DNA from: Candidatus Hermodarchaeota archaeon
GTDB taxonomy: Archaea > Asgardarchaeota > Heimdallarchaeia > Hodarchaeales > Hodarchaeaceae
Direction: 5' to 3'
DNA: 32,000 nt
NCBI GenBank assembly: GCA_048886185.1
Contig: JBHLKY010000009.1
Location: 90,001 to 122,000 of the forward strand
A program made the translations under genes and the position numbers. The notes beneath the pieces are model-generated. The model was not told where the DNA came from. It saw only the letters and a program-made list of their open reading frames with translations, and searched no databases. Of the stretch, positions 17,873 to 26,490 are shown in pieces (position 1 is the stretch's first letter; the number at the start of each line of letters is the position of its first letter).

Positions 17873-19155
17873 ATGGATGCCTCCTTCTTGAATTCAAAAC
17901 CTCTTCTGATTCCTTCCTTAATTACATCAGCCATGATCTTTTCATTCCCAACGACCATATCCAATAATTTTAAAGGCTCTGGGGTTTCGATTCTTGCTTT
18001 TTCAAGGTAGCTTTTCGCTGATGGTAGGTCAGTTCCTACCATTCTGCCATAAATTGGAATTATGCGTTCTTTATTACGATATCGTTCTCTTAAAGCCTGA
18101 ATTAATCCTCTAATGAATACATCACAGCTTGAGATGCCCCCAAATCTCGATGTGATGATGATATCAGTTAGGGGGTAATCCATTAAGAGATGAAACATTT
18201 GAGCTACTCGATTTTGTGGGGGTCCTCCTCCACTATCCATAAAATTAATGGGAACCACTTTACCATCAAAGAACTTATTACCAATATTCACAACTTCATC
18301 TATAGAAAATATCCCGTAACCTGCTCCCCCTGGAACAAGACCCACATGTAATACTTTTTCATCCTTGATTACATCATTGGAAAGTAGGTCTACATATGGA
18401 AATCCTTGGCTATAGGCTTTTTCTTCATTAGATGTTGGCTCAGCTATGTCATGTCGTCTGCTGGTTATTCCTAAAGTCTCCAAGAGCTTACTTTGCCTAT
18501 ATAAACCGTTATCATCGAGAACGATTTTTGCATCAGCAGCAATAACATTATCAGGCGTAATTATTACTGGATTGATTTCACAAAGCTTTGCATCAATATC
18601 CTGATACATTCGATAAGTTTTGTTAATAATTGAGGCAAGAGTCTCCTTCTGCTTTTTAGATAATTGGAGATCTTGATCTAATATTTCTGTAACTTCTCCT
18701 ATAATATTAGTTTGTAAAGCTCTATCATTGTTAATTATTTCCCTCTTTATAATCGTCTCAGGTCGATTTCGTGCAATTTCCTCAATATCTACTCCTCCAG
18801 AAGCGCTAACAACCAGAACATTATTGAAAGTATTTGGATCAGTTGTTACTCCTATATAACAACCCCCACGCTCTTCAACTGCTTCTTCGAAAAAAACTCT
18901 TTCCACTGGATGATCCTTGATTCGCAAATTCAAAAGCTCTGATGTTATATTTTTGGCTTCATTTAATGTATTAACTTTCTTTATTCCTCCTGCTTTACCT
19001 CGTCCCCCGATTAAAACAACAGCTTTTGCCATCGCAGGAAATTTCAGATCGAGTTTTTCGACTTCATCGACAGAATGAACGACACCAAATTGTTTTGGGA
19101 TTGGAATACCATTCTGTTCGAAAACTCTTTTCGATTCATGTTCATAGAGTCTCAA
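17869..19155 (-). CDS. ATP-grasp CoA-ligase beta subunit (SucC/citryl-CoA synthetase/AclB-like)
   Basis: MRLYEHESK, KAVVLIGGRGKAGGIK, SASGGVDIEEIA, EINP, DAKIVLDDN, NFMDSGGG, FGGISSCD, RMVGT. TTG start. Its stop overlaps the alpha-gene ATG (ATGA). Confidence 0.88.
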   Translation of the reverse strand: MRLYEHESKRVFEQNGIPIPKQFGVVHSVDEVEKLDLKFPAMAKAVVLIGGRGKAGGIKKVNTLNEAKNITSELLNLRIKDHPVERVFFEEAVEERGGCYIGVTTDPNTFNNVLVVSASGGVDIEEIARNRPETIIKREIINNDRALQTNIIGEVTEILDQDLQLSKKQKETLASIINKTYRMYQDIDAKLCEINPVIITPDNVIAADAKIVLDDNGLYRQSKLLETLGITSRRHDIAEPTSNEEKAYSQGFPYVDLLSNDVIKDEKVLHVGLVPGGAGYGIFSIDEVVNIGNKFFDGKVVPINFMDSGGGPPQNRVAQMFHLLMDYPLTDIIITSRFGGISSCDVFIRGLIQALRERYRNKERIIPIYGRMVGTDLPSAKSYLEKARIETPEPLKLLDMVVGNEKIMADVIKEGIRRGFEFKKEASI

Positions 19156-19419
19156 TTTGAGTCTTCCTAATATTCATTACACTTTGTTGAATAAAAGTAA
19201 TAATGAATGAAGTCTTTTGGAAAATAGATGATACAAACTATGAAAAAATAGTTCTGTTTTATCATTTTTTTTAACTTCTAGCAAAGATGAAAACTATTCC
19301 TAGGTTCGTTTTAAGTAGAACTATACTCCATCCTAAAAATTTTCTTAGTGTTCATTTATAGAAATGTCAGATTTATACATAAGATTCTTGATCAATGATT
19401 CCCTCATAAGTACTTCTTT

Positions 19420-20034
19420 TTATTTCCCTAGGAATAAGCGTTGTTCCCATTCATCAATTGCTTCGTGGATATCCTCTAAATATTTCACTTTCTTAGCACG
19501 AACATCACGATTAAAACTAGCAATGTCGTAAAGTAGTCGTGAGGACTGACTAGTTTCTGCAAGAGCATCTCTAAATTGATCGATAAAATCAGGAATTCTT
19601 TCAGGAGACTTTTCCCAAAAATTCGATATATTTTCTCTTAAAGATTGAATCATAATACGTAGATCACCTGCTTCAGAGACAGTGATTAATGTGCTTGCCC
19701 TTTCTTGAATTCTGCTTTTTATTTGTTGAATAAAGCGTTTCGCAGCCTCACTACGATTTTTCACTATTCCTGCAGATATCCAATTTTCAGTAACCACTTC
19801 AATAAGTTGAAAGACGGCTGCGTCTTCATTTCCTTGTATTTCAGGGAGATAATGAAATAATCCTAATTTAGTAATGACAAAACGGAAATTTGAGCTAAGA
19901 TATTGACGTTCACGAGGAGCAAGCTCAATTCGTTTCAGCAAATCGCGAAAGTCCTTTGCACTCTTTCTTCCAGATTGAAAATCGATCGTTAAATGTGGTT
20001 TAATTTTTTCGCAAACCTGATCGACTACTCTCAT
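19420..20034 (-). CDS. Hypothetical, predicted helical protein (204 aa)
   Basis: Long ORF with AAGGTG SD and ATG, no competing ORF. No family recognised. Confidence 0.7.
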   Translation of the reverse strand: MRVVDQVCEKIKPHLTIDFQSGRKSAKDFRDLLKRIELAPRERQYLSSNFRFVITKLGLFHYLPEIQGNEDAAVFQLIEVVTENWISAGIVKNRSEAAKRFIQQIKSRIQERASTLITVSEAGDLRIMIQSLRENISNFWEKSPERIPDFIDQFRDALAETSQSSRLLYDIASFNRDVRAKKVKYLEDIHEAIDEWEQRLFLGK

Positions 20035-20227
20035 TGCTAGACACCTTAAATTCTTAACAAATCCGAACTTAATATTCTACTGTGTTATGTAGATTATATA
20101 TTCATAGATAAAATAATCAAAAAGACTTTTTAATTTGAATCTTTATTTAAATAGAAAATGTTTTGTTATACATCATATAATTCAGAAAAATATATCTAAT
20201 TCTATCTTAGAATTATGAATAAAGATG

Positions 20228-20243
20228 AAGAAAAAGAAAAAAA
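20228..20243 (-). terminator. Possible oligo-T archaeal terminator downstream of alba
   Basis: The minus strand reads TTTTTTTCTTTTTCTT about 90 nt after the alba stop. Confidence 0.3.
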
Positions 20244-20331
20244 GGTTTGGTTACTCTATCCTTGGTAGAGAGCAATCTCTTTCTCTTAGTGCTACTAAAC
20301 CAATTTTTCTGAAAAAAACGAAAAATAGGTA

Positions 20332-20610
20332 TTATATTTTTGTGATAGTAATTTCTATTGCACTAACGTTTGAAAGATTTCCTTCTCGCGTTTCAATTTG
20401 TTCTGTATCTATTTGGATATCTGTAACATCAACGCGATCTTTCATGAACCTACGTCTTAGAACTTCAGCAACATCAACAGCTCGACTAATCGCGCGACCT
20501 CGGGCTTTCAGAACAATCGCTTCGGCATCCCGATTAAACTGTGTCACACAAGCCATTACATAAGCAGTTACTGGTTTATTTCCAATGAAAACAGTATTTT
20601 CCTCTGCCAA
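20332..20610 (-). CDS. albA: DNA/RNA-binding protein Alba
   Basis: [37 protein letters not shown] start with AAGGAG SD. Confidence 0.96.
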   Translation of the reverse strand: MAEENTVFIGNKPVTAYVMACVTQFNRDAEAIVLKARGRAISRAVDVAEVLRRRFMKDRVDVTDIQIDTEQIETREGNLSNVSAIEITITKI

Positions 20611-20808
20611 AATTGTTATTCTCCTTGTAATTCTCTTTGTGGTTCAATGTTTTCAAGTTAAATCTTCGCATCACTGAGATGTGATTATTCATTTGTACTT
20701 CAGCAGTTGACTTGAAAAAGCTTTCTAGGTTTATATTAATATTTGAGTACACCTTGATTTTTGAGTTTTGTCATTAAATGTGTATATTTATATAATGAAT
20801 TAAAAAAA

Positions 20809-21456
20809 TCAAAGAGGCTCATCTTGGATACCTGTAAAATATCCCAAAAGATTGGCAGCAATATGGATGATGAATGTGATGGGAACTTGAACCATGAACC
20901 ATTCTATTCGCCATGGAATCAACGGATATACAAATATCATACCCAATACCAAGAATCCAAGCTGATCTAGAAAGATAAATGGATGACCTCGTTCAATTCC
21001 GCTTCGACGTTTAATAAACGATCCAATTAAGTCTCCAATCAATCCTCCAAAAGCCATCAACCCACCAGTAAAGAATCCTAAAAATAATTTGTTAGAGAAA
21101 ATGCCTCTAGCATTCATGAAGGAAAGAAATTCGAAAAAGATTCCTGATTCTAAAAAATCTTGATATAAAAGCCTTAAAATAAGATTATCATCCAAATATA
21201 TTGGAGTATGAAGAATAGTGCTCATCCATGCCATAAGAAACGTAAGTAATCCTCCTATAAAGCCACCAACAAATGTTCCAGCCCAAAATCCTCGGATGGT
21301 CTTTCCATCACCCAAAATTCTTCTCCCATCACTCCAGTATCGGTTTCCATCAATTGGTGAGCCTCCTCCAAGCATCGTGGGTGCAGCATTACCAAACCAT
21401 AGTGGTAATACGAATAAAGTGCTGTCAAGGATAACTTGAATTAAACTTTCAGCCAA
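20809..21456 (-). CDS. carS: CDP-archaeol synthase (CDP-2,3-bis-O-geranylgeranyl-sn-glycerol synthase)
   Basis: GNAAP, PIDG...DGRRILGDGKTIRG, GDLIGSFIKRR, FLDQLGF; multiple TM segments. Confidence 0.92.
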   Translation of the reverse strand: MAESLIQVILDSTLFVLPLWFGNAAPTMLGGGSPIDGNRYWSDGRRILGDGKTIRGFWAGTFVGGFIGGLLTFLMAWMSTILHTPIYLDDNLILRLLYQDFLESGIFFEFLSFMNARGIFSNKLFLGFFTGGLMAFGGLIGDLIGSFIKRRSGIERGHPFIFLDQLGFLVLGMIFVYPLIPWRIEWFMVQVPITFIIHIAANLLGYFTGIQDEPL

Positions 21457-21674
21457 AGCATCAAGTCCTGATTATTTATGCAGAGAGAAGAACATTTTTC
21501 CTGACTGAAGAAAAATATATTTCTTTTAGTGTGATTTCCCACCATTTTTTCTACGTTTTTAATTCTAATGGATTAACCTTTTAACTCTTTTCAACTACTA
21601 TAACGATATAGCTTATAGTTGTGATCTTAGCATTCATGTACTGTTGAATTATGACTAATTTCTATATTAATGTT

Positions 21675-22223
21675 TCAATAAAATGATTTAGAAGAATATC
21701 TACTCAATTTGATAAATATTCTTTCATCTCCACCAATAATTTCGCCTTTAGTTAAATAGAACACTGAATTAGTCCTATCTTGACTAATAATATTGAGTGA
21801 ATTGGATTCAATGGATTTAATTATTCCTATTAACGTTCTCCAGCAAGAAATAGCAGGATAAGGAAGTTTTTCTGGCTTGGCATATAAATGGATTTCATTC
21901 AATTCTTGGATGTCTAATTGATAAGGTTGAGACAAGATATTGAAAAGCAAAAAAGGATACAGGGGATTATTTTCCTGAAAATCTAATGTTGTCTTTCTAA
22001 TAATCATACGAGTGTGCTTATTGTTAACGAAAAGATCATCTTGGTCGATCCAATACTGTAAATTTTCTTGAATTGCTTCTAGTTCTCCTTTACTTGCTCC
22101 TGTTTTTCTAAGATTAAAATAATTCTTTGATGGGTCAGAATAATAAAAGTAAAGAGTTTGCTGAATTTGGCTTTGAGTTATAATGAAAAAAGATTCCACA
22201 AAAATCGGTCTTTCCTTAGACAT
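21675..22223 (-). CDS. Hypothetical protein (182 aa), resembles an uncharacterised conserved archaeal family
   Basis: ATG ORF with no competing gene. The segments ENLQYWIDQDDLFVN and GEIIGGDERI look conserved from memory; not verified. Confidence 0.6.
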   Translation of the reverse strand: MSKERPIFVESFFIITQSQIQQTLYFYYSDPSKNYFNLRKTGASKGELEAIQENLQYWIDQDDLFVNNKHTRMIIRKTTLDFQENNPLYPFLLFNILSQPYQLDIQELNEIHLYAKPEKLPYPAISCWRTLIGIIKSIESNSLNIISQDRTNSVFYLTKGEIIGGDERIFIKLSRYSSKSFY

Positions 22224-22296
22224 CAGTTTTCCGCCTTGATCATAAAAACGATTTCAAAAATTTTTATATTAAATTACTTTCTACTAGAGCTGAAAC

Positions 22297-23349
22297 ATGA
22301 TGAACGTCTTACCACTAGGAAAAGCTCCCTGGTCTTTACTTATTAAGCTCGTCAAAAAGCATGGATTTAGAAACAAAGGGATTTTACAAATGGCCGAGGA
22401 GGGAGTAGACGTTGCAGTCTTGGATCTCCAAACAGTTATTGCAGAAGTAAATGAGATTTATAAAACCCAAAGTATTCCTTACTTAGTTTATAAGGCGGAT
22501 CCAATTACATTCCCTACTTCGAATCCCGCAAAGTACCTCATTATTGTTAATAAGAATGATTTGGCTACAGCTGGAGCTCTTCCCTATGGAATTACTGTTA
22601 CTTTTCTCCTACCTCCAAATTCAACAGAAAAATCACTTTTTGAACTTCAAACTAGTCTTTCTACAACATGTGATGAACAACGTATCTCAATTTTGGGAGG
22701 ACATACTGAAATAACCCAAGAGGTTCAGAATCCTATTCTATCGGCTAGTATGATAGGCTTTGTTCCTCCTGAATTCTATATTCCCCGTGATCCTCGAGTA
22801 GGAGACAGTATAATTTGTTCGGGTTGGATTGGGGCAGAAGGCACAGGAATTCTCCTAGAAGAAGCAGGAAATTTACTAGCAAATCTTTTAGATCCAAAAG
22901 AATATCATCATGGTCTTGAAATTGGGAATAATTTGGATATTTCAAAACAAGTAATTGAGTGTAACCGTAGGTGGCACGATGATCTTCATTTGGTTCATGA
23001 TGCTACAGAAGGAGGAATCTTTGGTGCATTATACGAATGTTTGTCGTCAAAAGGGTTTGGGAGTGAAATAGAATCAAGAAAAATCCCTATTGCTCCTGTG
23101 ACGAAGAAAATATCTGATATTCTGAAAATAAATCCTTTTAAGTTACTAGCTTCAGGAGCAGTCATTTTTGTCTGTAATCAGAAGAAAGCGCCAATAATTG
23201 TGGAATTTCTAAGAGAAAAAAACCATCCTGTTGAAATTATTGGGACGGTAACAAACCGTGGAAGTTTAATACAAGTTGATGGAAATCCTATTCAGCCACC
23301 TGAAGCTGATCATGTAATTAGAGGTTTAGAACAGATATTGAAATTATAG
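22297..23349 (+). CDS. AIR synthase (PurM/HypE/ThiL superfamily)-related protein
   Basis: ADPIT, VNKNDLATAGA, ILGGHTEIT, HDATEGG, LASGA. Function unknown. Confidence 0.82.
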   Translation: MMNVLPLGKAPWSLLIKLVKKHGFRNKGILQMAEEGVDVAVLDLQTVIAEVNEIYKTQSIPYLVYKADPITFPTSNPAKYLIIVNKNDLATAGALPYGITVTFLLPPNSTEKSLFELQTSLSTTCDEQRISILGGHTEITQEVQNPILSASMIGFVPPEFYIPRDPRVGDSIICSGWIGAEGTGILLEEAGNLLANLLDPKEYHHGLEIGNNLDISKQVIECNRRWHDDLHLVHDATEGGIFGALYECLSSKGFGSEIESRKIPIAPVTKKISDILKINPFKLLASGAVIFVCNQKKAPIIVEFLREKNHPVEIIGTVTNRGSLIQVDGNPIQPPEADHVIRGLEQILKL

Positions 23350-23362
23350 AAATCTACTTGAG

Positions 23363-25375
23363 GTGCTTTTACTGAATTTTCTAAAACTTACTTTCTCATG
23401 TATAATCTTAGCTATTTTGGGGACAGGGGGAGTTTTTTTTCAGTTTTGGTCACAAGTAGGAAATGATGAATTATTTTCTTCAATTCCTATAATTGATGGA
23501 AATACATCCGTTTCAAGTCTTTATAGAGTCAATCCACGACCATCTATCAATACAGAAATGTCAACTAAAAGTGTGGATGTTGATCAAGACTGCTTATCTC
23601 CTCCAAAGCGAATTAATCAAGTACAAGGAAATACAGCTCTTTTCTGGGTTTTAAATATTGGAACAATGAACCATTATCTTATTAATGCCACTCTAGAAGT
23701 TACTGGGCCTCATTGTTTAATTTATTCGAATCTTTCCACCATTACTGAATCCACACTTTTAATGATGAACGACTCGTTCGAATCAATTATCTATCCCAGA
23801 CTTTCCGAGTTCTTCGGTCTCCCTCCAGACATTGATTCTAATAAAAAAGTTATTTTGCTAGTTTATGATATCCTCGATGGACTAGGTGGTGGGACTTATG
23901 TTTCTGGATTTTTTTATCCACTGAATCAATATCTTAACTCTGATCTTCCACCAAATCAACGCTATAGTAATGAAGCAGAAATCATTCATATTGATGGAGT
24001 TGAGGGATTGTCACACCTCATTGCAGGTGAATTTGCTACCTTAGCTCATGAATTTCAACACATGATCCACTTTGGACGTGATGACGATGAGGATCTTTGG
24101 TTGGATGAAGGTGCATCAATGTTTGCTGAATTTCTGATTGGAGAAGATCCCTTTATCGATGGCCCCTATAAACCGCAATTTAGTTCAAATGCAGAAACAT
24201 CGTTAACTTATTGGGATTATTATAACAATCAAGGTTTAGTATTGGCCAATTATGGAGCTGCTTTTGCTTTTTTCCTATACCTTGCTGAACACTATGGAGG
24301 TTCAACCATAATTCAAACCCTTGTCAATTGTCCTGAAAATGGTATTATTTCTATAGAGGAAGCATTAGGTTTCTTATCGTTTAGAGAAATCTTTCGAAAT
24401 TGGACAATAGCTAATTTTCTTGATGATACATCATTTGCGGATGGATTATACGGATATTACAACATTTCTCTCTCTATGTCTGTTGAAGAATCTTATAACA
24501 CAGTATCTGTAATACGAACAGAGAATTCCGTGCCCTATTGGGGTACAGATTATTTGAAGTTTACTAATCGAATGAATTTACCATTTAACTTCGAATTCAA
24601 AGGTGATATTACCTCTGATTTCATAGTAACGGCGATTCTTTCCAATACCACTACTCCACCTTTTAACTCCAAAGTTATTCCTATTAATATTTCTTCCACT
24701 GAATTTGGTACATTTTCAATTGATCCTTTTGGTTCTGTGGATGAAATAATCATAGTTATAAGCGCTTACACTCAACCTGGGAATAATGATCATAATAACG
24801 AAGAACCTGCCCCATCACAAGCTTATTGGTTTTTAGTCAATCCCTCTACAATTACTATAGTGACTGGTAATTTAACTTTCCTTGAAAATGGTGATTTCCT
24901 CAGGATTTGGAATGTTACAGTCTTTGATGAGAATGGGTTATTGTGGCAGGATGCAGATGGAGCTATTTATGACATTCAGACGGAATTAGGAGTTTCTACT
25001 GGAATTACAGGAAATTTAACATTCAATTTTGAAACGAATACTTGGGAGACCACAAACATTTTGATTTCAGCATTACCAGAGGGATGTTATCGCGTTTTGT
25101 ACCATTTCTTCAACGAGTCTTGTTCTGGTTTTGTCTATTCTGAGTTGTTTACTATTACAACTGTCTCTTCAAACTCAACTTTCAGCAGTAATCCTCAATC
25201 AACATTTATTTCATTGAGTAGCACCTCTGAAGAATCATTATATTCATCCAGAGACACCTTTGAAACATCTCAGCAGTCCTCTGTCAAAGTGAATCCATCA
25301 ATAAATTTCTTGTTGATTATCATAGTTTTGACAATGAGTCCTCTCATTGTTAATCGAAGGAGGAAATCTCTTTAA
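23363..25375 (+). CDS. Secreted, membrane-anchored zinc metallopeptidase (HExxH...E gluzincin; M30/immune-inhibitor-like)
   Basis: N-terminal hydrophobic signal, LAHEFQHMIH (24047-24061), WLDEGAS, NYGAAFAFFLYL, Ser/Thr-rich linker, C-terminal hydrophobic stretch plus RRRK. Start codon uncertain. Confidence 0.8.
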   Translation: MLLLNFLKLTFSCIILAILGTGGVFFQFWSQVGNDELFSSIPIIDGNTSVSSLYRVNPRPSINTEMSTKSVDVDQDCLSPPKRINQVQGNTALFWVLNIGTMNHYLINATLEVTGPHCLIYSNLSTITESTLLMMNDSFESIIYPRLSEFFGLPPDIDSNKKVILLVYDILDGLGGGTYVSGFFYPLNQYLNSDLPPNQRYSNEAEIIHIDGVEGLSHLIAGEFATLAHEFQHMIHFGRDDDEDLWLDEGASMFAEFLIGEDPFIDGPYKPQFSSNAETSLTYWDYYNNQGLVLANYGAAFAFFLYLAEHYGGSTIIQTLVNCPENGIISIEEALGFLSFREIFRNWTIANFLDDTSFADGLYGYYNISLSMSVEESYNTVSVIRTENSVPYWGTDYLKFTNRMNLPFNFEFKGDITSDFIVTAILSNTTTPPFNSKVIPINISSTEFGTFSIDPFGSVDEIIIVISAYTQPGNNDHNNEEPAPSQAYWFLVNPSTITIVTGNLTFLENGDFLRIWNVTVFDENGLLWQDADGAIYDIQTELGVSTGITGNLTFNFETNTWETTNILISALPEGCYRVLYHFFNESCSGFVYSELFTITTVSSNSTFSSNPQSTFISLSSTSEESLYSSRDTFETSQQSSVKVNPSINFLLIIIVLTMSPLIVNRRRKSL

Positions 25376-26457
25376 GTACCTGATTTGTGTAGAATACCTT
25401 TTGTATCCATTTTCATGATATAAGAAGCGCCTACTCTCTGCAAATTGTTTTTTATTTGGATTGCACGCTTTTGTTTATCAGAAATGGCAAATATACATCC
25501 TCCAAATCCTGCTCCTGTCATTTTTGCTCCAAAAGCGCCATTCTGAAGCGCAATCTTACACATTAAATCTAATTTAGGAAGGGACACTTGATAATTCTCT
25601 CGCAGAAAAGTTTGTTGCTCTGAAAGGAGTTTTCCAATGGCCATTAAATTAAGATTTTTCCTTTGTAATTCTTTTAGAGCTGCCATGGTGTTATCTCGTA
25701 TTCCGATAACTCCTGTCAATCGTTTTTGCTGTAATCGAGTTAATTTGCTTGATTTAATATCATCCTCGTTTAATTCGTTAAGATTTGGGTTATTTAAGTC
25801 TTCTAAAGCCCTGAATATACTTTCTTGGACGTTTTTTAAAGGAATATCAGCTTTTCTTTTAATTCCAGAATCAGCAATAATTATGTATGTGTTCTGTGGA
25901 AGTTGAAGTGGAATTATATTAGGTCTGAACTTTGAAGTCATATGAAATATCTTCCCTAAAGCACAAGAATATTGATCCATTCTCCCACATGAGATACCCA
26001 TAATGTCATGTTCGCAAATATAAGCTATCTCAGCTATATTCTTTAGATCTAGCTCTTGATCAAGCAGTATATTGGAAATAAAATAGACCATTGAAGTTAG
26101 AAGTGCGGCAGAAGACGAAAGTCCTGCTCCAATTGGGATATCACTTTTGATTGTAATTCTTGATGGTAGAAGAGTGGAAGATGGAAGAGAGTCTGATTGA
26201 TTCCAGAAATAGATGAAAACCGCCCTTAGATAGTCAAATGGTGATTCCATTAATTCTGGAATGGAGTTAAGTGACAAGGTCTCAGATTTAAAATCATCGC
26301 TTATCAATTCCACCTTGGTGGATCCTTCACAAAGTTTATAATATAATCTGAGTCGCCTATTGATAGCCATTGGGATGACAGGTAGGCCTAGATAGTCCTG
26401 ATGTTCACCAAAAAGGCAAATTCTGCCAGGTGCGCTAATGGACCCTACTCTCTGCAT
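25372..26457 (-). CDS. Galactokinase-like GHMP sugar kinase
   Basis: SAPGRICLFGEHQDY, PIGAGLSSSAA, CGRMDQ, GAKMTGAGFGGC. The EHxDY motif favours the galactokinase branch; substrate not certain. Confidence 0.85.
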   Translation of the reverse strand: MQRVGSISAPGRICLFGEHQDYLGLPVIPMAINRRLRLYYKLCEGSTKVELISDDFKSETLSLNSIPELMESPFDYLRAVFIYFWNQSDSLPSSTLLPSRITIKSDIPIGAGLSSSAALLTSMVYFISNILLDQELDLKNIAEIAYICEHDIMGISCGRMDQYSCALGKIFHMTSKFRPNIIPLQLPQNTYIIIADSGIKRKADIPLKNVQESIFRALEDLNNPNLNELNEDDIKSSKLTRLQQKRLTGVIGIRDNTMAALKELQRKNLNLMAIGKLLSEQQTFLRENYQVSLPKLDLMCKIALQNGAFGAKMTGAGFGGCIFAISDKQKRAIQIKNNLQRVGASYIMKMDTKGILHKSGT

Positions 26458-26477
26458 ACTGAAGTATAAATTTTTAA

Positions 26478-26490
26478 TACTTAAATTTTT
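26478..26490 (-). promoter_or_regulatory. BRE/TATA-like promoter (AAAAA-TTTAAGTA) ~21-28 nt upstream of the kinase ATG, consistent with a leaderless transcript
   Basis: The minus strand reads AAAAATTTAAGTATTAAAAATTTATACTTCAGT-ATG; no SD. Confidence 0.5.

Noticed and set aside
19172-19208. Imperfect hairpin ATTCATTA...TAATGAAT upstream of the ligase beta gene
   Set aside because: Almost entirely A/T with a 21-nt spacer; expected by chance in this composition.
20225-20563. 112-aa plus-strand ORF starting MKKKKK
   Set aside because: Antisense to alba; its start lies in the A-tract of the probable terminator.
22297-23349. HypE or PurM assignment
   Set aside because: Only superfamily motifs are present; no HypE C-terminal PRIC and no hyp or pur neighbours.
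25372-26457. Mevalonate kinase call for the GHMP kinase (tempting because carS is nearby)
   Set aside because: GRICLFGEHQDY matches the galactokinase-type GRxxLxGEHxDY rather than the mevalonate kinase GKxILFGEHAVV.
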